A DNA stretch of 64,000 bases from a virus (Duplodnaviria; Caudoviricetes), in the IMG/VR virus record IMGVR_UViG_3300002220_000062, positions 1 through 64,000 of that record; one strand, written 5' to 3'. The notes under the pieces are model-generated. The model saw nothing but the letters and a program-made list of their open reading frames with translations. It did no database searches and was not told where the DNA came from. Every line of letters starts with the position of its first letter. The stretch's first letter is position 1. Below are positions 10,592-19,548 of the stretch, piece by piece. A program made the position numbers and the translations under genes.

Positions 10592-10835
10592 GTTTTAACA
10601 TTTGTAAGTTACCTAGTAATAAAAATTTCTCCATAGCAGCAATTTCATTACCAGTATGTTTAAGGACAATTTCTTCTACATTGTCCTCTGTAATCTCTAC
10701 TCCAGTTTCATGTAGTTCTTTGGCAAGTTCTTTAACCTCACCTAAAATTCTATACATAGCTGTCATATGACGTTTAACCTTGCGTTTCTCATCTCGCACT
10801 ATTCCTCGTTGTCCTATTTTTGAAAAACTACTCAT
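10563..10835 (-). CDS. Hypothetical protein
   Basis: 90 aa, operonic overlap with neighbours. Confidence 0.5.
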   Translation of the reverse strand: MSSFSKIGQRGIVRDEKRKVKRHMTAMYRILGEVKELAKELHETGVEITEDNVEEIVLKHTGNEIAAMEKFLLLGNLQMLKRETESDNTK

Positions 10836-11115
10836 TTACTTCTATATCTAATGTTAATAATTCTTCAAAGTCTTTTCTTCTCATTACAATGAAATCAGTA
10901 TTAAATCCTACTTCCATAGTATTAGCTACTGGATATGTTTTATGTACTTCCACTACTTCTGATGCTAAGTGTTCTACTATAGTAGTAAAAAACTCATCTC
11001 TTAATATTTCAATTTCCATTGGGAACGCAATTCCATTTGGTGCATCTACTATTTGTGTTACTCTTCCCCCTACAACATAAACGTTGTCTTGTAATATTTC
11101 GTCCTTTCTATTCAT
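10828..11115 (-). CDS. Hypothetical protein
   Basis: 95 aa, operonic overlap with neighbours. Confidence 0.5.
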   Translation of the reverse strand: MNRKDEILQDNVYVVGGRVTQIVDAPNGIAFPMEIEILRDEFFTTIVEHLASEVVEVHKTYPVANTMEVGFNTDFIVMRRKDFEELLTLDIEVNE

Positions 11116-11392
11116 TATATGCTATATTAGTTTTTATTGTACTATCATTGATTCTCCCTCCGAATATTGATAATACATCTTTAATCCATTTTCCATCTGA
11201 CCTAACAAATATCTTTATTATTCTTTCATTACGAGGTCCATACTCCAACGCTACATTTACATCTGTGGTGATATTCCCTCTATACTTATGTGTATATGTG
11301 TGTTGTTTGTTAAAGACCTCGTTTAGATTTGAAAGTAAGTCTTGTTTGATTTCTAAATACTTATTAAATACTGCTAATTCCGTTCTAGTCAT
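11108..11392 (-). CDS. Hypothetical protein
   Basis: 94 aa, first gene after the promoter at 11416..11446. Confidence 0.5.
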   Translation of the reverse strand: MTRTELAVFNKYLEIKQDLLSNLNEVFNKQHTYTHKYRGNITTDVNVALEYGPRNERIIKIFVRSDGKWIKDVLSIFGGRINDSTIKTNIAYNE

Positions 11393-11415
11393 TTTATCGA
11401 TTTCTAATTTCTATA

Positions 11416-11446
11416 CAAAGATACAACAATTAATTGACATATCCTA
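11416..11446 (-). promoter_or_regulatory. Repeated promoter TAGGA-N18-TATCTTTG
   Basis: TAnnTTTG -7 box; one of five TAGGA-class copies with identical spacing. Confidence 0.65.
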
Positions 11447-11447
11447 A

Positions 11448-11630
11448 TTATTTCGTATTTATTTTTTCATCTACTGTTGCATCTATATAAAAATGCATTA
11501 CTAAATCACCTACACTATGCGATATTCTAATAGGTACTTGTAATGTTGAACCAGCTATATTTGCTGCGTGTATAAGGAAAGACTCTACATAAGTACATTC
11601 CTCTTCCGTCATTGTTCTACTTTTTCCCAT
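11448..11630 (-). CDS. Hypothetical protein
   Basis: 60 aa, overlaps the upstream gene. Confidence 0.4.
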   Translation of the reverse strand: MGKSRTMTEEECTYVESFLIHAANIAGSTLQVPIRISHSVGDLVMHFYIDATVDEKINTK

Positions 11631-11958
11631 TCTTCACTATTCTATAATATTCGTACATAGCATCTACGGAATAAAATATAGGAAGTTTTAATTCCTTAGC
11701 ATACTTTACTTCTCCATCAGCCCCTTTCGATTCCCCTTTTAATCTCAAAAGACAATCACATGCTTTAACCCATTCTAAATCTAATTTAATCCAATCTTGG
11801 TATGGTCTCGGATGAGCCATATGTTGGAAGTGACTATACAATGGAACAAAAGGTGCAAAACCTCTTTCGATTAAAACATCAGCTACATCCATCTGTACTT
11901 TCACATTAACTGCCACATCTCCCAAAGTATATGGACTTGCAATATAGACTTTAATCAT
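11617..11958 (-). CDS. Nucleoside 2-deoxyribosyltransferase-like protein (DUF1937/DUF4406 type)
   Basis: VYIASPY...CDCLLRL.GESKGADGEVKYA pattern. Confidence 0.65.
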   Translation of the reverse strand: MIKVYIASPYTLGDVAVNVKVQMDVADVLIERGFAPFVPLYSHFQHMAHPRPYQDWIKLDLEWVKACDCLLRLKGESKGADGEVKYAKELKLPIFYSVDAMYEYYRIVKNGKK

Positions 11959-12122
11959 AAAAATTGTAATTCTTTATTATTATTATATTCTCCTCTTTGT
12001 GTGGCCATTTACCATCAAATAGTTCAGACCACTCTACTGTTATAGTACAATCATTGTACTTAAATGTTGTAAAATTCATATCTTATTTACTAATTTCTTT
12101 GTTACTTTCTTTGTAACTCATG

Positions 12123-12153
12123 CAAAGGTACGAAAAAAAAATGACAATTCCTA
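12123..12153 (-). promoter_or_regulatory. Repeated promoter TAGGA-N18-TACCTTTG
   Basis: Same motif and spacing as the other copies. Confidence 0.65.
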
Positions 12154-12154
12154 A

Positions 12155-12562
12155 TTATTTTGTATTTATTTTCAAATATTTTTTTGCCTTATCTAAAATT
12201 TCTATACTATCTTGGAATTTACCTAATGCTGTATTACAAGAATCACATAATAATCCTCTTATATTTCCAGTTACATGACAATGGTCAACACATAATTTTC
12301 TTTTAGTATGTGGCTCATTACCACATATAGCACACCTATTATTTTGTTTTTTTAATAAATTAGTATATGTATCTATAGATATACCGTAATTAGTCTGTAA
12401 ATGATACTCTCTATTATATACTCTTTTTATTTTTACTTTCTTCGGTTTCTTTTTATATGTACACTTTTTACATTTAGAAGAATGATTATCTTTGTTTCTT
12501 CTGTCTTTATAAAAATAATCCACATCTTTTACTTACCCGCACTTACTACATATCTTTACCAT
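12155..12562 (-). CDS. Endonuclease VII-like HNH endonuclease with an in-frame TAA near the N-terminus
   Basis: CAICG...LCVDHCHVTGNIRGLLCDSCNTALG. An upstream ATG at 12562 reads MVKICSKCG*VKDVDYF in frame with the track ORF. Confidence 0.8.
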
Positions 12563-12657
12563 TTATTTTTATTTTTTTTTAAATAAATATAAAAAGGTGC
12601 CAGTATTGCTATCAATAATAACAAACATACATCTACAATAATATCACTCTGGTACAT

Positions 12658-13107
12658 TTATTTTATATTTAATTGTTTTAGTAGTACTTTTAGTTCTGAT
12701 TTATTTTTGATAATCCCCTCAAATAACATACCTTCAGAACTACCACCAAAGAAAGCTTCTATGTGTAATTCTTGGTCTTTTAAATTATATCTTAATTTAT
12801 ATTCATCAAATCTGTATCTTCCTCCTACAGAATCAAAATAACCTTTCTTAGACCACCAATCCATAACAGAATGTTTATAATCAGTAAATCCTAAACTCTC
12901 AATATCTTCTCTATCTAGGTATTTAACTCTATAAGACAAACCAAGGTCTTCATTAGTTATTAATTGGTCTATTATATAAGCTTCCCCTTCTTTTATTGTA
13001 TACTTATACCAACTTAGAGATGAACCACCTTCATTTATATCTTCCTGTTCATATTCAAATCCAACATGAAACTCTTTTATTGAAGGTGTGTAATATTTAT
13101 TTTCCAT
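12658..13107 (-). CDS. Hypothetical phage protein
   Basis: 149 aa; YYTPSIKEFHVGFEYE...IKNKSELKVLLKQL. Confidence 0.6.
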   Translation of the reverse strand: MENKYYTPSIKEFHVGFEYEQEDINEGGSSLSWYKYTIKEGEAYIIDQLITNEDLGLSYRVKYLDREDIESLGFTDYKHSVMDWWSKKGYFDSVGGRYRFDEYKLRYNLKDQELHIEAFFGGSSEGMLFEGIIKNKSELKVLLKQLNIK

Positions 13108-13346
13108 TATATTGTTTTTAAACTAAGTGATAATATCGACTTACTATTTAATTGGTAGAGGGTTGTAACCTCTCTTAACGCTTGCATGAAGTCCATTACC
13201 ACATACTGGAACTCTTGGGTACTTATAACCTTAATAGTATTATCAAACCATTGTATATTATAATTACCATCTTCTCTTCTTGCTCTTCCACTTACTACTA
13301 TTCTAATAGTTACTGGTTTAATTACATCTATTCTTACTTCTTCCAT
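13107..13346 (-). CDS. Hypothetical protein
   Basis: 79 aa, TAATG coupling to the next gene. Confidence 0.5.
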   Translation of the reverse strand: MEEVRIDVIKPVTIRIVVSGRARREDGNYNIQWFDNTIKVISTQEFQYVVMDFMQALREVTTLYQLNSKSILSLSLKTI

Positions 13347-13482
13347 AATTCCATTGCTTTTTTAAATTGCTCTAATCCTTTAATACCTACAAAGATAACT
13401 ATCTCTCTTTCCTTATAAGTTTTTAATTTATTGAAAAAGATAGGTTCTTCATCTCTCATTCTTTCTAATATTCCTTTCATAC

Positions 13483-13788
13483 TTATTTAATATAAGGTTC
13501 TTTTATAGCTGAATAATCTGTAAATATATGCATTATTCTATTCATCTTACACTTAGATAAAAATCTATCCTTAAATTTTGTTAATACTTCAAAATTAAAA
13601 GGTTTATAAAATCTATAATTGTCTGTTGTATATACTAATAGATTAGACTTCTCATCCTTTACAAAAGTTTCAAGGAATACTGTTCCATATTCATTTGAAT
13701 AGTTGATTCTAAGATTATAATTTGGGTATCTTAAAAATATATCCTCTGTTGCTAAATTTATTAATTCTATTCTTTTACTTTCTTCCAT
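13483..13788 (-). CDS. Hypothetical protein
   Basis: 101 aa in the operon. Confidence 0.5.
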   Translation of the reverse strand: MEESKRIELINLATEDIFLRYPNYNLRINYSNEYGTVFLETFVKDEKSNLLVYTTDNYRFYKPFNFEVLTKFKDRFLSKCKMNRIMHIFTDYSAIKEPYIK

Positions 13789-13928
13789 TATAATTTAGTT
13801 TTTAATAATCCACATTGTAAGCATAGTATTGGTTTTGCGTATCCTCATCTATGTTTACAATTAGCTTGCTTTTTATCTTCTTGTATCTTCCAAGCATTAA
13901 ACATTGCTTCTCTTTGTGATTCTTCCAT
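13788..13928 (-). pseudogene. Small zinc-finger ORF interrupted by an in-frame TGA
   Basis: MEESQREAMF...NCKHR*GYAKPILCLQCGLLKTKL*; the final TAA overlaps the ATG of the next gene. Confidence 0.45.
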
Positions 13929-13940
13929 AATTATTAATTT

Positions 13941-13966
13941 AAAAAGGGGGTCACTACTCCCCCTTT
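13941..13966 (-). terminator. Intrinsic terminator-like hairpin
   Basis: AAAAAGGGGG-tcactact-CCCCCTTT; U-tract on the minus strand. Confidence 0.55.
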
Positions 13967-14161
13967 AAGCACCAATGTAGCGAAATTCCCTAACTTGCAC
14001 TCTGGTACACTTATTATATAGCTATTAGTGATTTAGCTCCATATTATATCTTCTTCTTTTACCCATTCAATACCAAGTTCATCTGTGTATTGTACTTTAG
14101 CATCTGGCTTTAATGTGCCAATAAGTCCTCTTTCTTTTATTATCTTTTCTTTCATATACTA

Positions 14162-14192
14162 CAAAGGTACGAAATATATTTGACATATCCTA
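14162..14192 (-). promoter_or_regulatory. Repeated promoter TAGGA-N18-TACCTTTG at the strand switch
   Basis: First promoter of the leftward arm; same motif as the other copies. Confidence 0.65.
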
Positions 14193-14322
14193 ATTTATTT
14201 TAATATTTTTTAAAATTTTTTTTGGAATTTTTTTAACTTTGACGAAAGAGCGAGATAACTTAATACTCACCCCCCACTCTTTTTTAACTTTGAGCATACC
14301 CCTATGGTATGTGTATATTATT

Positions 14323-14739
14323 ATGAATGCCAAGTTATTCGTGAAAGACGAACAATCCCTTTGGGAAAATGGCGAAATCTTTTCAGCAGGTGTTTACGCA
14401 GAAGAAGTAACGCTTGATTTAGAAAGTGGTTTTGAGAATGAAGAGAAATTCCTTTATTGGGTTAAAACCCGTAATAAGGAACGTGCTATTGCAAGTGCCA
14501 ACGAAGTTGTTAAACAACTTAACAAAGGTACATTGTGTGTAGCACGAGTGTTCAGCGATGAACCTTTCTACTTAGACCAAGAGTCAGACATCAATCCAAC
14601 AACCAATGTTGTGTTGAATAGATACTCTAAAACCATTTTGTGCACACCTGATAAAAGAGCTTCACTACACCGTAGTTTCGTAGTAGCACCACCATCAGTA
14701 GCATTGGTAGCTGAACCACAAGTTCAAGCAGAAGCCTAA
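14323..14739 (+). CDS. Hypothetical protein, first gene of the rightward arm
   Basis: ATG at 14323 (MNAKLFVKDE...) inside the track ORF; visibly higher GC than its neighbours; followed by a terminator. Confidence 0.6.
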   Translation: MNAKLFVKDEQSLWENGEIFSAGVYAEEVTLDLESGFENEEKFLYWVKTRNKERAIASANEVVKQLNKGTLCVARVFSDEPFYLDQESDINPTTNVVLNRYSKTILCTPDKRASLHRSFVVAPPSVALVAEPQVQAEA

Positions 14740-14747
14740 CAAGCAGT

Positions 14748-14780
14748 TAAAGAGTGTGTAACAGCACTCTTTTTCTTTTC
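14748..14780 (+). terminator. Intrinsic terminator
   Basis: AAAGAGTG-tgtaacag-CACTCTTT followed by a T-tract. Confidence 0.7.
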
Positions 14781-14974
14781 TTTTAAAAATGGATGAGTCA
14801 ACAGTCTTATTTGGCAGTGACTTTTATAGTCAAGTAGCTTCTAATCAGTACTATTAGGTAGTATTTGTTGTGATTAAGTGTGATTGGTAGTGATAGTGGT
14901 ACTATCCATTCCTCAATCATTCCATCTATTTCATCATCACAATATTTAACATCACTAAATTTAATATAGCTATT

Positions 14975-15172
14975 ATGTCTAATAACAAAAAGTATTTATC
15001 AGAAGAAGTATTATTTCGTACTAAATGTATTAATGATAATAATACATCATTTCTTACTATTAAATGGTATGATGTTATTGATTTTACTAATACAACATAT
15101 CTTATTAGATTTAATAGTGGAGGTGCTAAATGGTATAACAAGAATAGATTTACAGGTTATTGGAAACAATAA
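14975..15172 (+). CDS. Hypothetical protein
   Basis: 65 aa early-region ORF. Confidence 0.4.
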   Translation: MSNNKKYLSEEVLFRTKCINDNNTSFLTIKWYDVIDFTNTTYLIRFNSGGAKWYNKNRFTGYWKQ

Positions 15173-15411
15173 TCTAAATATACACTAAGTGTTAAATAAA
15201 CACAAATAAAAAACTTAATAACTTCACAAGTCATTGAGTGCACCAGTTTTTACTATAAGCAAATATTAAATAAGCGCACATTTATGTGTGAAAAGAATAA
15301 TATATAAAAGTAGTTTTAGGTGTAAAATGCAAATTAAAAAGGTTTAATTAAAAATATAATATGAAGATTAAAATATAATAAACTAAACATTTAACTAAAT
15401 AAATAAATCTT

Positions 15412-15927
15412 ATGAAAACATTGTCTCAACTAACACTATACTTAATAAGTATGGTATTAACAGTAATTGTATTAAACAGTGAAATATTATCTCCTGATGT
15501 TGAATCAGGATTAAGTATTATAGCAGGAATTGTATTAGGTTTTGCTTTAACATCTACACTAGTAGATATGAAATCAAGAAACAGAAGAGAACAATTAAAA
15601 CGTATTGAACGCATTAAACAAGCAATAATTAAAGCTTATCCTGATGCTACAGATTTAAGTTATGAATCTAATAATATAACTCACGGTATATATTATAGAC
15701 TACCAAAAGCTAAACTTAGAAGTTTTAGACCAATGTCTGAAAATATAGTTGATGATAATTTAATATTATATTTAATATTATCAATTGTATTAGGTATTAT
15801 AATCCGAATTGTATCAGTAATACATAATGAACCTATTTTAGGTTATATTGGTGGTATTTCGGCATTAGTCCTTGCAATTGGATTATCTTTACAGATATTT
15901 AAGAATATTAAAACAAGTGATATATAA
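15412..15927 (+). CDS. Membrane protein (about 4 TM helices)
   Basis: Two hydrophobic hairpins flanking a soluble loop. Confidence 0.55.
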   Translation: MKTLSQLTLYLISMVLTVIVLNSEILSPDVESGLSIIAGIVLGFALTSTLVDMKSRNRREQLKRIERIKQAIIKAYPDATDLSYESNNITHGIYYRLPKAKLRSFRPMSENIVDDNLILYLILSIVLGIIIRIVSVIHNEPILGYIGGISALVLAIGLSLQIFKNIKTSDI

Positions 15928-16020
15928 ATAATAAATAATAAGCTACAGTATAAAATTTTATGTAAGCACCGTAACTGATAACTCGGTATGCTATAAAATC
16001 TGTAGCTTTTATTATAATAA

Positions 16021-16070
16021 AACCTCTGATGAGTCTTTGAAATAAGACGAAACATATAATATGTCAGGTT
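16021..16070 (+). ncRNA. Type I hammerhead ribozyme
   Basis: Stem I AACCU/AGGUU, core CUGAUGA, stem II GUCUU/AAGAC, GAAA, stem III ACAUA/UAUGU, GUC cleavage triplet ending at 16065. Confidence 0.9.
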
Positions 16071-16091
16071 TAATTAAAACACATAATAAAA

Positions 16092-16325
16092 ATGAAAACA
16101 TTATTTAAATTCTTTTGTATATATTTATTAACAACCTTATCTATAATAATACTTTTTACAATAGTTTTATACTTAGGGTTTTCATTCATTGATTTAAAGT
16201 TTATAAATGTTGATAAAGACTTTATATTTATGATAATTAGATTAATAATTACAGTAAGTATTTTAACAGCAATGATTATGACATTAATATTTAATGATGT
16301 AAATAAAATTAAAAAACTTTTCTAA
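16092..16325 (+). CDS. Small membrane protein (2 TM)
   Basis: Two hydrophobic segments; immediately downstream of the hammerhead. Confidence 0.5.
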   Translation: MKTLFKFFCIYLLTTLSIIILFTIVLYLGFSFIDLKFINVDKDFIFMIIRLIITVSILTAMIMTLIFNDVNKIKKLF

Positions 16326-16352
16326 ATAATAATAATTAAAAACAATAAAACC

Positions 16353-16652
16353 ATGAGATTCATTAAAACAGTAACAGTAACAACAGACCAAGAAATATCA
16401 TTCATAGAAGCTAGAGAGCTTTTAAAATGGACAACTGCAACAAGAGCTGAATTAGCATTACCTAATATGACAGATACACATATTGGAAATGTAATATCAA
16501 TATTATCTGGATATAAATTAAGTGATTCTAATATATCAATGAATCGTCTTTATACAAATAGAGAATGGATTAAAATATTTCAAAAAGAATTAATGTTTAG
16601 AGCAGCAACAAGAAAATTATTAAGTCTTAGCTCTATTACAAACAAATTTTAA
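16353..16652 (+). CDS. Hypothetical protein
   Basis: 99 aa early-region ORF. Confidence 0.5.
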   Translation: MRFIKTVTVTTDQEISFIEARELLKWTTATRAELALPNMTDTHIGNVISILSGYKLSDSNISMNRLYTNREWIKIFQKELMFRAATRKLLSLSSITNKF

Positions 16653-16664
16653 AAACTAAATAAA

Positions 16665-16937
16665 ATGAAAAGATTAATATTATTCGTATTATTTGTGTTA
16701 TTAACATTTGCATTAATGGCACAAACAAAGATACCAACCTATAAAGTTGGAAATGACAATAAACTAATTGGTCTAAAGGTGGAGAAAGACAAAGTAGCAG
16801 TTATGCTAACACCTTATACATTAGTTCTTAATGATACATTATATAATGTATACAAAACTAGTAATAATAAATATTTTATTGTAAGATTGTCTAAGAAGAC
16901 AGGAAACAGTTATAAATATTATATTAACATAAAATAG
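16665..16937 (+). CDS. Signal-peptide-bearing hypothetical protein
   Basis: MKRLILFVLFVLLTFALMA|Q resembles a Bacteroidota signal peptide followed by Gln. Confidence 0.55.
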   Translation: MKRLILFVLFVLLTFALMAQTKIPTYKVGNDNKLIGLKVEKDKVAVMLTPYTLVLNDTLYNVYKTSNNKYFIVRLSKKTGNSYKYYINIK

Positions 16938-16992
16938 TTAAACCTGGCCTAAGATAATATCAAGGGTCAGGTTTATTTAAATCTTTATAAAG

Positions 16993-17451
16993 ATGGAAAT
17001 AAAAATTGAAAATTATCTAAACCACGATGAAATTAAAGAAACTGTTCAAGATGAACTAAGAAGACAAGTTAGAAAACATTTTGAAAATGAAGAGAATGCT
17101 AAAAGATTATTAAGTAATCTTGCATATCATATTGTTCAAGAAGATGTTGATAAGATTATACCAAATTATGAAAATGAACTTATTACTAAAGTAATTTCAC
17201 TACTTAATAATAAAGATATATCTTATCATTTATATAACTTTCATTATGATAATGGTAAAGCAGTATCTGCAGGGGCTAAGATAATTGAACAAACTGTCTT
17301 AGAAAATAAAGATATTATTAAACAAAAAGTTATTGATAGTATTTTAAATAAAGACTATTCAGAACAAGCTTGGAATAAATTTGAATCATTAGCTGAGGAT
17401 TTTAAAGCTAATATTTATGATTTTGTTGAACAAATGAGAAAAAGAAAATAA
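16993..17451 (+). CDS. Hypothetical protein
   Basis: 152 aa helical ORF. Confidence 0.55.
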   Translation: MEIKIENYLNHDEIKETVQDELRRQVRKHFENEENAKRLLSNLAYHIVQEDVDKIIPNYENELITKVISLLNNKDISYHLYNFHYDNGKAVSAGAKIIEQTVLENKDIIKQKVIDSILNKDYSEQAWNKFESLAEDFKANIYDFVEQMRKRK

Positions 17452-17873
17452 ATTAAATTAAAACTCTTTAATCAGAATAATAATCCAATTGCTTTTCCAA
17501 AGCTTGGTATTAATTTTAAATGTAGTTATATTATATAAAGTTACGCGAAGTCTTAGCTTACATATTTTATAAATAGAAAACATTAAAAATTATGAGACAA
17601 GATAGCTGAACAAGAATTCTGTTTATTATAGCAAATATATATAATAAGTCCGTTGGGGTTAGGTTTATCATACATTAAAAAGTATAATATGTATATTAAA
17701 GAGTTTTAATTTTAAATATTAATAAAATAGTTAAGTGACCAAACCTGCCTGTAAATTTGGTGTAAGTTGTTAACAGGTAATTATTTTATTAATCTTATTT
17801 TATTAGTGTTCAATATGGGAACTTAATTGAATTGTTGATATTTCAGCTAATAAAATAAGAAAATATTAATAAT

Positions 17874-18238
17874 GGGGGTGCCTGGTTTTGACAAGGTATA
17901 TGAATTAATATTAATCAGCCAGAGAGATAACTGTAAACTAAGGTGATTTTATATAAATGGAAACATTAATAAACAAATCGTAGCTAATATGAACATAGTT
18001 CATAATATTTTAAAAGCAGAACAAGGTTCTGATATTGTAGAATTTAAATTAGCAATTGCAGCCTAAGCAATAAAAATAAAGGCAAGGAGTTTAGTAGTTC
18101 TTGTAAAAATTACTTGGTGGAAGACACTATTAAATTAGTTGTCCCTATCTAACTAAAGAGTTTAAACTATAGTAAAGCTGTAATAATTAATATTAAGGAA
18201 ATGTTTTGGACAGGGGTTCGAGTCCCCTCACCTCCACA
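17874..18238 (+). ncRNA. ssrA: tmRNA
   Basis: 5' GGGGGTG-CCTGGTTTTGAC pairs with 3' CACCTCC-A; T-arm AGGGG-TTCGAGT-CCCCT; internal tag frame 17959..18066 ends in LAIAA*. Confidence 0.92.
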
Positions 18239-18530
18239 TAAAGTAGTAGTTAGTGCAAATGTTTAGCACCTCATGTCAGTAGACGAAACAATTATATAAC
18301 TAATATCGAAAGATTTATAATTGGAGAAATGTAGATTAACAAACTACACTACTACTTAACATCAAAAATAACAAAGAAGAGGAAACGCGTGAGCTATTCT
18401 TCCATTACTCTGAAGGTATCTGTATTGAGCAGTACAATTGAATGAGGTCTCAACTAGTGGGTCAAGATATTCGGTACCTCTTCTTTTTATTATATTAGTA
18501 AATAAAGGTTTAACTAAACAAAATTTAACA

Positions 18531-18680
18531 ATGCGTACAAGAATTAAATATCAATCACTTCCAGAAAAGATATGGGATAGAAAAAAACAATTAGCTCAAG
18601 ATATTATGTCTGAAGTAGGATGTAATATGACTAGAGCTTTAAAAAGAGTAGAATTTAACTTAGAATTAAATAGGGTTTAA
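18531..18680 (+). CDS. Hypothetical protein
   Basis: Likely start ATG 18531 (MRTRIKYQ...); the upstream part of the track ORF lies in an RNA hairpin. Confidence 0.45.
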   Translation: MRTRIKYQSLPEKIWDRKKQLAQDIMSEVGCNMTRALKRVEFNLELNRV

Positions 18681-18681
18681 T

Positions 18682-18891
18682 ATGAAAAAAATAATTGTAT
18701 TCTTCAGAAGGTTAGTAAGACTAACCTCTGCTTATTTTAAAAGATTGTATATGGAAGTTGAGTTTCAATATGAAGAAGAGGCTCCTTCCTTAGAACAACA
18801 GATGCGTAAATTTAAACGTAGTAAATTTTATAATGCTATGAAAAATGGCAATAAAAGATATGCGTCAACTAAAGGCTTCTCATTACAATAG
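18682..18891 (+). CDS. Hypothetical protein
   Basis: 69 aa, coupled to its neighbours. Confidence 0.45.
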   Translation: MKKIIVFFRRLVRLTSAYFKRLYMEVEFQYEEEAPSLEQQMRKFKRSKFYNAMKNGNKRYASTKGFSLQ

Positions 18892-18893
18892 TA

Positions 18894-19058
18894 ATGGGAT
18901 TCTTTGGTAGTTTAATTGGTGTTGTAGTAAAAACTGCATTAACACCAGTAGCAATTGTTAAAGATGTTGTAAATATTGCAACAAATGAAGAACTAAATTC
19001 AACAAGTAACCATATAGATTCAATAACGGATGATATTGAAGATATTTTTGAAATCTAA
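18894..19058 (+). CDS. Small hypothetical protein (54 aa, not in track)
   Basis: MGFFGSLIGVVVKTALTPVAIVKDVV...DIFEI*. Confidence 0.5.
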   Translation: MGFFGSLIGVVVKTALTPVAIVKDVVNIATNEELNSTSNHIDSITDDIEDIFEI

Positions 19059-19287
19059 TTAGAATAAACTCTTTGATTAATGATAAACAATAGTAGCAAA
19101 TAATATAGAGATTTCTACAAAATCCTTATGATGAGGTGAGTGACGAAATTGAATTAGTTGAATATTATAAACTGTATCAGCAGTTGTGTTTATTAAAGAT
19201 TATGTGAGAAAAGAGTGTTAGGTGTAAATCGAACCTACATACCATAGCTGAATTGGCAAAGAGTTTTAATTAAAAAATTATATTATT

Positions 19288-19548
19288 ATGAGAAATAAAA
19301 TTATACCATTTTTATTAGGTTGCTTAGTTTTTATGTCTATTGCAGCTTCAACAGCAACTTTTATGGTTGTTCAACCAATGAAACCGAAATTTACATTGGT
19401 GAAATCATTTAGAGCTAAGTATTTCATAGAGAATGAGGTTAAAACTTATATTGAATCTAAAGTTAGAGAAGGATATATAGTTAAATCAATATCTATGATA
19501 GATGACGAAAGTTGGTCCAAAGGTATTGTAGTAATGGAAAAATATTAA
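19288..19548 (+). CDS. Secreted or membrane-anchored hypothetical protein
   Basis: N-terminal hydrophobic helix. Confidence 0.5.
   Translation: MRNKIIPFLLGCLVFMSIAASTATFMVVQPMKPKFTLVKSFRAKYFIENEVKTYIESKVREGYIVKSISMIDDESWSKGIVVMEKY

Noticed and set aside
12646-14008. 12-bp repeat CACTCTGGTACA at about 12646 and 13998
   Set aside because: Only two short copies with no integrase or consistent context; not enough to call a site.
18205-18238. tRNA gene
   Set aside because: This T-arm and acceptor strand belong to the tmRNA; I found no full cloverleaf in the window.
18241-18357. HDV-like (theta) or hammerhead ribozyme after the tmRNA
   Set aside because: CACCTCATG and GACGAAAC are suggestive, but I could not build the nested double pseudoknot or find a CUGANGA core. 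Kept only as an unassigned structure.
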